Assembly (NCBI GenBank): GCA_964016885.1
Contig: OZ024741.1
Coordinates: 362,514,001-362,578,000, forward strand
Length of the DNA: 64,000 nt
Direction of reading: 5' to 3'
DNA from: Eledone cirrhosa
Lineage: Eukaryota
Under the pieces are notes generated by a model. It was given only the letters and a program-made list of their open reading frames with translations. It made no database searches and was not told where the DNA came from. Of the stretch, positions 28,431 to 43,373 are shown piece after piece. Position numbers and translations under genes: made by a program. The number at the start of each line of letters is the position of its first letter. Positions within the stretch are counted from its first letter, which is position 1.

Positions 28431-31296
28431 GGGGTCCCTAAAAATGTATACACCATTCTAATATATATAGTGCCTGTACAGGTAATCAAAGTGTGTATAC
28501 ATTTTTCGGGGACACCATATATATGTATACCGGTGTCCCTCAAAATGTATACACCATTCTAATATATATATTGCCTGTACAGGTAATCAAAGTGTGTATA
28601 CATTTTTCGGGGACACCATATATATATATATATATATATACCGGGGTCCCTAAACATGTTTACACCATTCTAATATATATATTGCCTGTACAGGTAATCA
28701 AAGCGTGTATACATTTTTCTGGAACACCATATATATATATATACCGGGGTCCCTAAAAATGTATACATTATTCTAATATATATGTTGCCTGTACAGGTAA
28801 TCAAAGTGTGTATACATTTTTCGGGGACACCATATATATAAATACCGGGGTCCGTAAAAATGTATACACCATTCTAATATATATATATTGCCTGAACAGG
28901 TAATCAAAGTGTGTATACATTTTTACGGGACACCATATATATATATATACTGGTGTCCCTAAAAATGTATACACCATTCCAATATATATATTGCATGTAC
29001 AGGTAATCAAAGTTTGTATACATTTTTCGGGGACACCATATATATATATATATATACCGGGGTCCCTAAAAATGTATACACCATTCTAATATATATAGTG
29101 CCTGTACAGGTAATCAAAGTGTGTATACATTTTTCGGGGACACCATATATATGTATACCGGTGTCCCTTAAAATGTATACACCATTCTAATATATATATT
29201 GCCTGTACAGGTAATCAAAGTGTGTATACATTTTTCGGGGACACCATATATATAAATACCGGGGTCCGTAAAAATGTATACACCATTCTAATATATATAT
29301 ATTGCCTGTACAGGTAATCAAAGTGTGTATACATTTTTACGGGACACCATATATATATATATACTGGTGTCCCTAAAGATGTATACACCATTCCAATATA
29401 TATATTGCCTGTACAGGTAATCAAAGTGTGTATACATTTTTCGGGGACACCATATATATATATATATATATATACAGCGATCCCTAAAAATGTATACACC
29501 ATTCTAATATATATATTGCCTGTACAGATAATCAAAGTGTGTATACATTTTTCGGGGACACCATATATATATATATACTGGGGTCCCTAAAAATGTATAC
29601 ACCATTCTAATATATATATTGACTGTACAGGTAATCAAAGTGTGTATACATTTTTAGGGGAGACCATATATATATACCGGGGTCCCTAAAAATGTATACA
29701 CCATTCTAATATATATATTGCCTGTACAGGTAATCAACGTGTGTATACATTTTTCCGGGACACCATATATATATATATATATATATACCGGTGTCCCTAA
29801 AAATGTATACACCATTCTTATATATATATTGACTGTACAGGTAATCAAAGTGTGTATACATTCTTCGGGGACACCATATATATATTTATATATACCGGGG
29901 TCCCTAAAAATGTGTACACCATTCTAATATATATATTGCCTGTACAGGTAATCAAAGTTTGTATACATTTTTCGGGGACACCATATATATATATATACCG
30001 GGGTCCCTAAAAATGTATACACCATTCTAATATATATATTGCCTGTACAGGTAATCAAAGCGTGTATACATTTTTCCGGGACACCATATATATATATATA
30101 CCGGTGTCACTAAAAATGTATACACCATTCTAATATATATATTGCCTGTACAGATAATCAAAGTGTGTATACATTTTTCGGGGACACCATATATATATAT
30201 ATATATACCGGGGTCCCTAAAAATGTATACCCCATTGTAATATTTATATTGCCTGTACAGGTAATCAAAGTGTGTATACATTTTTCGGGGACACCATATA
30301 TATATACCAGGGTCCCTAAAAATGTATACTCCATTCTAATATATATATTGCCTGTACAGATAATCAAAGTGTGTATAAATTTTTCGGGGACACCATATAT
30401 ATATATATATATACCGGGGTCCCTAAAAATGTATACTCCATTCTAATATATATATTGCCGGTACAGGTAATCAAAGTGTGCATACATTTTTCGGGGACAC
30501 CATACATATACATATATATACCGGGGTCCCTAAAAATGTATACACCATTTTAATATATATATTGCCTGTATAGGTAATCAAAGTGTGTATACATTTTTCC
30601 GGGACACCATATATATATTTATATATACCGCGGTCCCTAAAAATGTATACGCCATTCTAATATATATATTGCCTGTACAGGTAATCAAAGTGTGTATACA
30701 TTTTTCGGGGGTCCCTAAGAATGTATACACCATTCTAATATATATATTGCCTGTACAGGTAATCAAAGTGTGTATACATTTTTCCGGGACACCATATATA
30801 TATATATACCGGTGTCCCTAAAAATGTATATACCATTCTAATATATATATTGCCTGTACAGGTAATCAAGGCGTGTATACATTTTTCGGGGACACCATAC
30901 ATATATATACCGGGGTCCCTAAAAATGTGTACACCATTCTAATATATATATTGCCTGTACAGGTAATCAAAGTGTGTATACATTTTTAGGGGAGACCATA
31001 TATATATACCGGGGTCCCTAAAAATGTATACACCATTCTAATATATATATATTGCCTGTACAGGTAATCAAAGTGCGTATACATTTTTCGGGGACACCAT
31101 ATATATATATACCGGGCTCCCTAAAAATGTATACACCATTCTAATATATATATTGCCTGTACAGGTAATCAAAGTTTGTATATAGTTTTAGGGGAGACCA
31201 TATATATATACCGGGGTCCCTAAAAATGTATACACCATTCTAATATATATATTGCCTGTACAGGTAATCAACGTGTGTATACATTTTTCCGGGACA

Positions 31297-31329
<33 letters not shown>

Positions 31330-33842
31330 GGTGTCCCTAAAAATGTATACACCATTCTTATATATATATTGACTGTACAGGTAATCAAAGTGTGTATACA
31401 TTTTTCGGCGACACCATATATATATTTATATATACCGGGGTCCCTAAAAATGTGTACACCATTCTAATATATATATTGCCTGTACAGGTAATCAAAGTTT
31501 GTATACATTTTTCGGGGACACCATATATATATATATATACCGGGGTCCCTAAAAATGTATACACCATTCTAATATATATATTGCCTGTACAGGTAATCAA
31601 AGTGTGTATACATTTTTCCGGGACACCATATATATATATATATACCGGTGTCACTATAAATGTATACACCATTCTAATATATATATTGCCGGTACAGGTA
31701 ATCAAAGTGTGTATACATTTTTCCGGGACACCATATATAAATATATATACCGGTGTCCCTAAAAATGTATACACCATTCTAATATATATATTGCCTGTAC
31801 AGATAATCAAAGTGTGTATACATTTTTCGGGGACACCATATATATATATATACCGGGGTCCCTAAAAATGTATACCCCATTGTAATATTTATATTGCCGG
31901 TACAGGTAATCAAAGTGTGCATACATTTTTCGGGGACACCATACATATACATATATATACCGGGGTCCCTAAAAATGTATACACCATTCTAATATATATA
32001 TTGCCTGTACAGGTAATCAAAGTGTGTATACATTTTTCCGGGACACCATATATATATATATATATATATATACGGGTGTCCCTAAAAATGTATACACCAT
32101 TCTAATATATATATTGCCTGTACAGGTAATCAAAGTGTGTATACATTTTTAGGGGAGACCATATATATATACCGGGGTCCCTAAAAATGTATACACCATT
32201 CTAATATATATATTGCCTGTACAGGTAATCAAAGTGTGTATACATTTTTCCGGGACACCATATATATATATATATATATACCGGTGTCCCTAAAAATGTA
32301 TACACCATTCTTATATATATATTGACTGTACAGGTAATCAAAGTGTGTATACATTTTTCGGGGACACCATATATATATCTATATATACCGGGGTCCCTAA
32401 AAATGTGTACACCATTCTAATATATATATTGCCTGTACAGGTAATCAAAGTTTGTATACATTTTTCGGGGACACCATATATATATATATATACCGGGGTC
32501 CCTAAAAATGTATACACCATTCTAATATATATATTGCCTGTACAGGTAATCAAAGTGTGTATACATTTTTCCGGGACACCATATATATATATATACCGGT
32601 GTCACTATAAATGTATACACCATTCTAATATATATATTGCCGGTACAGGTAATCAAAGTGTGTATACATTTTTCCGGGACACCATATATAAATATATATA
32701 CCGGTGTCCCTAAAAATGTATACACCATTCTAATATATATATTGCCTGTACAGATAATCAAAGTGTGTATACATTTTTCGGGGACACCATATATATATAT
32801 ATATATACCGGGGTCCCTAAAAATGTATACCCCATTGTAATATTTATATTGCCTGTACAGGTAATCAAAGTGTGTATACATTTTTCGGGGACACCATACA
32901 TATACATATATATACCGGGGTCCCTAAAAATGTATACACCATTCTAATATATATATTGCCTGTACAGGTAATCAAAGTGTGTATACATTTTTCCGGGACA
33001 CCATATATATATATATATACGGGTGTCCCTAAAAATGTATACACCATTCTAATATATATATTGCCTGTACAGGTAATCAAAGTGTGTATACATTTTTCCG
33101 GGACACCATATATATATATATATATATATATACCGGGGTCCCTAAAAATGTATACACCATTCTAATATATATAGTGCCTGTACAGGTAATCAAAGTGTGT
33201 ATACATTTTTCGGGGACACCATATATATGTATACCGGTGTCCCTCAAAATGTATACACCATTCTAATATATATATTGCCTGTACAGGTAATCAAAGTGTG
33301 TATACATTTTTCGGGGACACCATATATATATATATATATATACCGGGGTCCCTAAACATGTTTACACCATTCTAATATATATATTGCCTGTACAGGTAAT
33401 CAAAGCGTGTATACATTTTTCTGGAACACCATATATATATATATACCGGGGTCCCTAAAAATGTATACATTATTCTAATATATATGTTGCCTGTACAGGT
33501 AATCAAAGTGTGTATACATTTTTCGGGGACACCATATATATAAATACCGGGGTCCGTAAAAATGTATACACCATTCTAATATATATATATTGCCTGAACA
33601 GGTAATCAAAGTGTGTATACATTTTTACGGGACACCATATATATATATATACTGGTGTCCCTAAAAATGTATACACCATTCCAATATATATATTGCATGT
33701 ACAGGTAATCAAAGTGTGTATACATTTTTCGGGGACACCATATATATATATATATACCGGTGTCCCTAAAAATGTATACACCATTCTAATATATATATTG
33801 CCTGTACAGGAAATCAAAGTGTGTATACATTTTTCGGGGACA

Positions 33843-33884
<42 letters not shown>

Positions 33885-34484
33885 CGGTCCCTAAAAATGT
33901 ATACACCATTCTAATATATATATTGCCTGTACAGATAATCAAAGTGTGTATACATTTTTCGGGGACACCATATATATATATATATATATACTGGGGACCC
34001 TAAAAATGTATACACCATTCTAATATATATATTGACTGTACAGGTAATCAAAGTGTGTATACATTTTTAGGGGAGACCATATATATATACCGGGGTCTCT
34101 AAAAATGTATACACCATTCTAATATATATATTGCCTGTACAGGTAATCAACTTGTGTATACATTTTTCCGGGACACCATATATATATATATACCGGTGTC
34201 CCTAAAAATGTATACGCCATTCTAATATATATATTGCCTGTTCAGGTAATCAAAGTGTGTATACATTTTTCGGGGACACCATATATATATATATACCGGG
34301 GTCCCTAAAAATGTATACATCATTCTAATATATATATTGCCTGTTCAGGTAATCAAAGTGTGTATACATTTTTCGGGGACACCATATATATATATATACC
34401 GGGGTCCCTAAAAATGTATACACCATTCTAATATATATATTGCTTGTACAGGTAATCAAAGTGTGTATACATTTTTCTGGGACA

Positions 34485-34529
<45 letters not shown>

Positions 34530-34620
34530 GGGGTCCCTAAAGATGTATACACCATCCTAACAAATAATGCATGTATAGGCAATCAAAGTGTTTATACTTT
34601 TGGGGGGGGACAACCTGTAT
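19891..34620. repeat. ~14.7-kb satellite array of a ~105-bp unit (about 140 copies) with higher-order structure
   Basis: Unit ccgg(g/t)gtccctaaaaatgtatacac-cattctaatatatatattgcctgtacaggtaatcaaa-gtgtgtatacatttttcggggacacc-(AT)n; identical ORF-track translations recur at a ~5.12-kb offset. Confidence 0.97.
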
Positions 34621-34709
34621 ATACACAAATATGAACATATATATAGAGAGAAAGTGTGTGCAAGCAAGCAAGCAAGCAAACAATCAAGATCAGAGTTTTA
34701 GTAGTATAT

Positions 34710-34739
<30 letters not shown>

Positions 34740-34743
<4 letters not shown>

Positions 34744-37644
34744 TCATCATCATCATCATCATCGTTTAACGTCCATCTTCCACGCTTGCATGGGTTTGGA
34801 CGGGAGTTTTCCCACTTGAGGCAAGAGTGGTTGTCTTGCTCGCATAGGACTGTCTGGCGGGTTTTCTACGGCTAGATCCCCTTCTTAACACCAACCACGT
34901 TAACAGTGTGGACTCGGAGGTTTATACCGTGTTACCAACACGGCCACATTACAGCGTGGACTGTGTGTTTTTTTTTGTTGTGACACCTACACGACCTCAT
35001 TTGTTTCGGACTGGATGTTGTGGTACCAACATAACTTTACATTGAAAGGGGTGGTGTGGATAGGGTGGGGATAGTGAGACGGGGTGTATTTTTGTTAGAG
35101 GTGCCTACTGACTGTAGTAGGTTTCACTTTCTACTTAGGTAAGGCGGGTCTTCTGTATTACTGTGTAGCGCCAAAGATCTCGGTCCAGTGACATTGTCTT
35201 GGAGAGGTGTAAGTGTGTGAGGTCAGAATTTATCAAGTTGTCCCAGGTTTTTCTGGGTCTGCCTACTACGTGACTACCGTCTATTTTTATTGTCCTGCAC
35301 TTTTTTATACAGCTGTCGTCTTTCATGCGCATCACGTGACCATACCAACGTAGTCTTCTCTCGAGTAAACAACATCTGATCCCTCTTATTTCTAATTTTT
35401 CCCTTAGTTCGTTTATGCTTTGCCGTTCACGTATATTACTATTACACATCCAGCGGAGCATGCAAGCTTCGTTCCTCTCTAGTCTGCGTATATCCTCTGC
35501 ACACAATGCCCGGGTCTCACTGCCATGTAACATTGCTGTTCGTATGCAGGCATCATACAGCCTGCCTTTCATTTTTAGAGAGAACCCTTTAGCGGCTAAT
35601 AGTGGTATAAGCTCTCTGAACTTTTTCCATCCAGTTCTGACTCTAGCTACTGTACTTTCAGAGCACCCTCCACCACTGCTGATTTTGTCACCCAAGTAAC
35701 GGAAGCTGTCCACTATTTCTATAGAACCATCTGTGCAATGGAATGAGCTAGTATTCTGTGGGCACTTGCTGCTACTTATTGCACCAGAGCACCGGCCACA
35801 TATAAAATCTATGTTCTTAGTTAGCTTACCTGTGATCCCACTACATCTTTTATGCACCCATACTTTGCATTTGGGACATAAAATGGAGTTTCTGCCTACT
35901 CCTTTCCTACACACTGAGCATGGCCATTTCCCGGATGGAACCGGTGCCCTATTTTCTTTCCTACAAACTAGAACTTTAGTCTTAGACAGGTTAATTTTAA
36001 GGCATTTTGATTCTAGGCCATGCTTCCATGTTTGGAATTTCTTCTCTAGCTCGGCCATTGATTCAGCTATGAGCGTTAGATCATCTGCGTATAGGAGTTC
36101 CCATGGGCAGCCGGTCTTGAACTCCACTGTTATAGCCTGAAGGGCAATAATAAATAGTAGGGGGCTAAGAACGAATCCCTGATGAACACCAACTTTTACG
36201 CTAAACTCTTCACTATATTCGTTGTTAATTCTAACCTTGCTCACTGTTTCTTTATACATGGCTTGTATAGCTCTCACAAGCCATTCATCAACACCTAGTT
36301 TTCTAAGAGCCCTCCAGATAATTGAACGGGGACTCTGTCAAAGGCTTTCTCCAAGTCGACAAAGGCTAAGTATAGGGGTTTACTTTTAGATAGGTACTTC
36401 TCCTGTAGTTGTCGTACAATGAAAAGAGCGTCTGTGGTACTTTTACCTGACACAAACCCGAACTGCATTTCACCTAGTTCAATTCACTCTCTGATTAGTT
36501 GCACTATTACTTTTTCTGTGACCTTCATGACCTGGTCGATTAATTTAATGCCTCTATAGTTACCCCTATCTAGGACATCTCCTTTACCCTTGTAGCAGTG
36601 AATGATGATGCTGCTACGCCAGTCCTTCGGAACAACACCATTCTGTATGACTTGGTTTACTATCCGGGTGACTATGGTGTGTCCCACCGTTCCAGAAGCT
36701 TTCAGCATTTCAGCAACTATTTCTGAAGGCCCAGCCGCCTTACCCGGCTTCATATCTTTGATTGCCTTACTTATTATACTACCTTCGACTAACACTGCTG
36801 GTGCCTCTATTGGATCGATGTGGGGGAGACTATCCTTCTCCCATTTATTCTCCTCATTTAGTAGCCTTTCGTAGTGACACTTCCAAGCTACCTTCTTATC
36901 AGCGTCAGTGATGGCAAGTACACCATCATCATTAAGGACACACTTCTCCCCGACAATATCACGGTTTTCTTTGGCACATTGCCTAGCAATCCTGAACACC
37001 TCATGTTTTTGGTCCTCGCGTTGTAGAACATGCTTGAACTTTCTTTCCTCTGCTTCCCTTCTTGCGAAGTACACTTGTCTCCTAGCTTCCCTCCTGTCCA
37101 CTTGATAGTCTTCTCTACTTCCCCCATCCCGCCATACTTTCCAAGCCTGCTTTTTGGCCTTAATTGACTCCTCCACCACGTTACTCTCCTCCTGCCTATA
37201 GGCCTGCTCCAGCCACAGACTTCATCTGCCGCCATCAGCAGGTTTGCTTTCAGGAATACCCACTGTTCCTCTATATTGTACAACTCTAATTGCTCTTCCT
37301 TACGGTCGAAAGCATCAAGTAATATGCTTTTAAATCTATTACTGGCTGTGGGGTCCTTTAGCTTCCATATTTTTCTCCTGAGGATAGTCCTCTTCTGTTG
37401 TCGAGTACGTCTCGTCCTGATTATGAGGTCGCTAATTATCAGTCTATGTTGGGAGGTGCATTCTTCATGGGGGAGGGATTTAGTGTTTACAACAGACACT
37501 CTGTCATGTCTTCTGGTAAGGATATAATCTACATGGCTGGTATGTTCCCTTGATCTGTAGGTGTTACAGATAGGTTATTTGTTAGGTTATCTGCGTCACA
37601 GAATTCCAGGATTCTGGAGCCTTCCTCATTTCTAGTACCAAACC
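34740..37644 (-). mobile_element. 5'-truncated RTE LINE
   Basis: Endonuclease C-terminus plus RT (LLYADDL) in ORFs 36888-37499, 36484-37179 and 35135-36277; (GAT)n tail. Confidence 0.93.
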
Positions 37645-37665
37645 AGCAATAATTATATATACATA

Positions 37666-37701
<36 letters not shown>

Positions 37702-37756
37702 CATAGATATGTATATATATACATATATATATATATATACATATCTATATATATAC

Positions 37757-37795
<39 letters not shown>

Positions 37796-37811
37796 CATAT
37801 CTATATATATA

Positions 37812-40800
37812 CCACTATATATCTTACAATCTCCCAGAATCAAAAAAATCGTATTCAAAATTGGCTTTCTATAATTCTGTTCTGTCTCACCGTTGTTCTA
37901 AAAATAATTCTGCTCCTCGCAAACTACCCCCATACCCCTCCCTCCCGCCCCAACTCTCCACCTTATTATTTGGACCAATCACAAGTAAACGACCTATGCT
38001 AGCACTTCTGGTTGCTTTTTCGATATGATGGATGAACTAGGGAATTTCTGGAGAGTCAGAAGAATCTGGACACCCGAAGACAATGCAAAAGATAACGACA
38101 AGTTCACCTCATGCTGCCGGACGAAAGGGCAAAGCCCCACCCTCTTTGTTGCGGCCGCGGATGGCCAACATAACCCCAACCCCATCAACCACACCCCTCC
38201 CTGCACCCCACCCACCAAACGCAATCCAAAATTTCAGAGTTGGTACCATGAATGTAGGGACCTTAAAAGGCCGCTCAAACGAGGTTGTAGAAATGCTTGA
38301 ACGTAAGGAGGTTGATGTCTGCTGCATCCAAGAGACCAGGTGGAGGGGCGGGTCTGCTAGATTCATTGTGGGTAAAAAACGATGCTATAAGCTTTTCTGG
38401 GTGGGAAATGACAATGGACTGGGTGGGGTAGGAATCATGTTAGCAGAAAAATGGGTGGATAAGATAATAGATGTAAATAGAGTAAACGACAGAATAATTA
38501 AAATAAGACTTGTTCTAAATAGAACTACTGTGACGATAATATCTGCGTACGCGCCCCAATCCGGACTGCCTGGCGCTATAAAAGACACTTTCTATGAGAC
38601 ACTGATGCTCACTACCTCCCAAATAACCGACAGTGACTATATAATTATTGCTGGCGACCTAAATGGTCACGTTGGACAACATTGTGACGGCTATCATGAA
38701 ATCCATGGAGGCTATGGGTTTGGTACTAGAAATGAGGAAGGCTCCAGAATCCTGGAATTCTGTGACGCAAATAACCTAACAATCTGTAACACTAACTTCA
38801 AAAAACGAGACAATCACTTGATCACCTACAGATCAGGGGAACATACCAGCCAGGTAGATTATATCCTTACCAGAAGACGTGACAGAGTGACTGTTGTAAA
38901 CACTAAATCCCTCCCCCATGAAGAATGCACCTCCCAGCATAGACTGATAATTAGCGACCTCATAGTCAGGACGAGACGTACTCGACAGCAGAAGAGGACT
39001 ATCCTCAAGAGAAAAATATGGAAGCTAAAGGACCCCACAGCCAGAAATAAATTTCAAAGCATATTACTTGATGCTTTCGACAGTAAGGAAGAGCATTTAG
39101 AGTCGGACAATATAGAGGGACAGTGGGAATTCCTGAAAGCAAACCTGCTGATGGCGGCAGACGAAGTCTGTGGCCGGAGCAGGCCTATAGGCAGGAGGAG
39201 AGTAACATGGTGGTGGAACAGTAAGGTGGAGGAGTCGATTAAGGCCAAAAAGCAGGCTTGGAAAATATGGCGGGATGGGGGAAGTAGAGAAGACTATCAA
39301 GTGGCCAGGAGAGAAGCTAGGAGACAAGTGTACTTTGCAAGAAGGGAAGCAGAGGAAAGAAAGTTCAAGCATGTTCTACAACGCGAGGACCAAAAACGTG
39401 AGGTGTTCAGGATTGCTAGGCAATGTGTCAAGGAAAACCGTGATATTGTTGGGGAGAAGTGTGTACTAAATGATGATGGCGTACTCGCCATCACTGACGC
39501 TGATAAGAAGGCGCTTGGAAGTGTCACTACGAGAGGCTACTAAATGAGGAGAATAAATGGGAGAAGGATAGTCTCCCCCACATCGATCCAATAGAGGGAC
39601 CAGCAGTGTTAGTTGAAGGTAGTATAATAAGTAAGGCAATCAAAGATATGAAGACGGGTAAGGCGGCAGGGCCTTCGGAAATAGTTGCTGAGATGCTGAA
39701 GGCCTCTGGAACGGTGGGACACACCATGGTCACCCGGATAGTAAACCAAGTCATACAGAATGGGGTTGTTCCGAAGGACTGGCGTAGCAGCATCATCATT
39801 AACTGTTACAAGGGTAAAGGAGACGCCCTAGATAGGAGTAACTATAGAGGGATTAAATTAATCGACCAGGTCATGAAGGTCACGGAAAAAGTAATAGTGC
39901 AACTAATCAGAGAGAGAATCGATCTAGATGAAATGCAGTTCGGGTTTGTGTCAGGAAAAAGTACCACAGACGCTCTTTTCATTGTACGACAACTACAGGA
40001 GAAGTACCTAGCTAAAAGTAAACCCCTATACTTAGCCTTTGTCGACTTGGAGAAAGCCTTCGACAGAGTCCCCCGTTCCATTATCTGGTGGGCTCTTAGA
40101 AAACTAGGTGTTGACGAATGGCTTGTGAGAGCTATACAAGCCATGTATAAAGAAACAGTGAGCAAGGTTAGAATTAACAACGAATATAGTGAAGAGTTTA
40201 GCGTAAAAGTTGGTGTCCATCAGGGCTCTGTTCTTAGCCCCCTACTATTCATTATTGCTCTTCAGGCTATAACAGAGGAGTTCAAGACCGGCTCCCCATG
40301 GGAACTCCTATACGCAGATGACCTAACGCTCATAGCTGAATCAATGCCCGAGCTAGAGAAGAAATTCCAAACATGGAAGCACGGCCTAGAATCAAAAGGC
40401 CTTAAAATTAACATGGCTAAGACTAAAGTTCTAGTTTGTAGGAAAGAAAATAAGGCGCCGATCCCTTCCGGGAAATGCCATGCTCAGTGTGTAGGAAAGG
40501 CGTAGGTAGAAACTCCATTTTATGTCCCAAATGCAAAGTATGGGTGCATAAAAGATGTAGTGGGATCACAGGTAAGCTAACTAAGAACACAGATTTTACA
40601 TGTGGCCGGTGCTCTGGTGCAATAAGTAGCAGCAAGTGCCCACAAAATACTAACTCTTTCAACTGCGCAGAGGGTTCTATAAAAATAGTGGACAGCTTCC
40701 GTTACCTGGGTGACAAAATCAGCAGTGGGGGAGGGTGCTCCGAAAGTACAGTAGCTAGAGTCAGAACTGGATGGAAAAAGTTCAGAGAGCTTATACCACT

Positions 40801-41771
40801 ATTAGCCGCTAAAGGGTTCTCCCTAAAAATGAAAGGCAGGTTGTATGATGCCTGCATACGAACAGCAATGTTGCATGGCAGTGAGACCTGGGCATTGTGT
40901 GCAGAGGATATACGCAGACTAGAGAGGAACGAAGCTTGCATGCTCCGCTGGATGTGTAATAGTAATATACGCGAACGGCAAAGCATAAACGAACTAAGGA
41001 AAAAATTAGAAATAAGAGGGATCAGATGTTGTTTACTCGAGAGAAGGCTACGTTGGTATGGTCACGTGATGCGCATGAAAGACGACAGCTGTATAACAAA
41101 GTGCAGGGCAATAAAGATAGACGGTAGCCACGGAGTAGGCAGACCCAGAAAAACCTGGGACGAGCTGATAAATTCCGACCTCACACACTTACACCTCTCC
41201 AAGACAATGTCACTGGACCGAGAGCTTTGGCGGTACTCAGTAATAGAGAAGACCCACGTTACCTAAATACAAAGTAAAACCTACTACAGTCAGTAGGCAT
41301 CTCTAACAAAATACACCCCCGTCCCACCACCCCCACCCCATCCACACCGCCCCTTTCAATGTAAAGTCATGTTGGTGCCACAAAATCCAGGCCGAAACAA
41401 ATGAGATCGTGTAGGTGTCACGACAAAAAAAAACACACAGTCCACGCTGTAATGTGACCATGTAGGCAACACGGTAAAAACCTCCCAGTCCCACACTGTA
41501 AATGTGGTTGGTGTTAGGAAGGGCATCCAGCTGTAGAAAACCTGCCAGACAGTCCACGCTGTAATGTGGCCGTGTAGGCAACACGGTAAAAACCTCCCAG
41601 CCCCACACTGTAAATGTGGTTGGTGTTAGGAAGGGCATCCAACTATAGAAAACCCGCCAGACAGTCCTATGCGAGCAAGACAACCACTCTTGCCTCAAGT
41701 GGGAAAACTCCCATCCAAACCCATGCAAGCATGGAATCACGGACGTTAAACGATGATGATGATGATGATGA

Positions 41772-41774
<3 letters not shown>
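37812..41774 (+). mobile_element. Near full-length RTE LINE (APE endonuclease + RT + PHD-like finger), two frameshifts
   Basis: GTMNVGTL, CIQETRW, YAPQ, GDLNGH, SQHRL endonuclease motifs; FVDLEKAFD and YADD RT; frameshifts near 39511 and 40477; ~114-bp tandem duplication in the 3' UTR; (GAT)n tail. 5' boundary approximate. Confidence 0.95.
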
Positions 41775-42333
<559 letters not shown>

Positions 42334-42402
42334 AAAGGACGTAAAATAAGAAAATATTTTTTAAAAAAATTTTAAACAAATTTTTTACTTACTTAAATTT
42401 TC

Positions 42403-42484
42403 ACTCCAACTAATTAGATTCTGCAATGGGATAAAGACAGTTACGTAATCCAACTGTCGAGAATTCATTGCGTCATCAGGGAGT
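42403..42484 (-). ncRNA. Type I hammerhead ribozyme, degenerate
   Basis: ACUCC-CUGAUGA-cGCAAUG..GACAGUU..AACUGUC..CAUUGCa-GAAu-CUAAUUAG-UU/GGAGU; A15.1 replaced by U. Confidence 0.65.
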
Positions 42485-42763
42485 CTATTCTCAGTTAAGT
42501 CTCCAGGCAATGCGCGGACACTGGCGGCTCATATAAAAATAATAATAATTCGGTAGATCGAACAGCTTGCGAGGACTGGATTCTATGTACCGAAATTCTC
42601 ACTGCTTCAAGTCAAATGGCCGATTCTAAAGAATCAATCACGTGACACAGAGGCTAGTTAGAAGGAATGGGATGGTAAGATGACTGACGCCTACTAACAC
42701 CCAAAAAAAAATTTTTTTTTAGAAGTGGTTTTGGCAAGTTTGCTCGACAAATCAGTGATATAT

Positions 42764-42918
<155 letters not shown>

Positions 42919-43216
42919 GAAGTATTTCCATAGGAAAGGTAAAGGAAAAAAGAGTGCTCTATGTAGGCTACAGACCTTTATGGTTATGTAATAAAAAAAA
43001 TTTCTGATGAATGAATACAGACATAATTGTCAAGCTCTTCAAAAAACCACTGGTAAATGAATTAATTATCTATTAATTAACTAATTTATTACATAACTAT
43101 ATATATATATATACGTTGATGAAATATACCTTTAGACAGAAGTTCTATATGCATAGCATTATTGTGGTATCATCGAAGAAATAATACCCATATAATTGAT
43201 AGCTATTGTGACTTAC

Positions 43217-43373
43217 CAGATAAAGACTCACTGTTTGGTTCCTTCTCAAGTGTCAGTAAGTACATGTCAACGAAATCTCTTATATATTCAGCATTAAATG
43301 TTTCTTTGTGTTCCATGATTTTCTTTTTTATATACTTGCGGATCATTTTGTCTTTCTTGATAATTTGTTCTGT
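43217..43373 (-). CDS. CYP2-clan P450 exon 4 (G/H helices)
   Basis: Hand translation, absent from the ORF track: TEQIIKKDKMIRKYIKKKIMEHKETFNAEYIRDFVDMYLLTLEKEPNSESLS (EH..TF...RDFVD.YL is CYP2-like); tag acceptor, G|GTAAGT donor; 157 nt. Confidence 0.9.

Noticed and set aside
19891-34620. CRISPR-like array or repetitive protein ORFs
   Set aside because: Spacers are only (TA)n, there are no cas genes and the context is eukaryotic; the ORFs are translations of satellite in all frames
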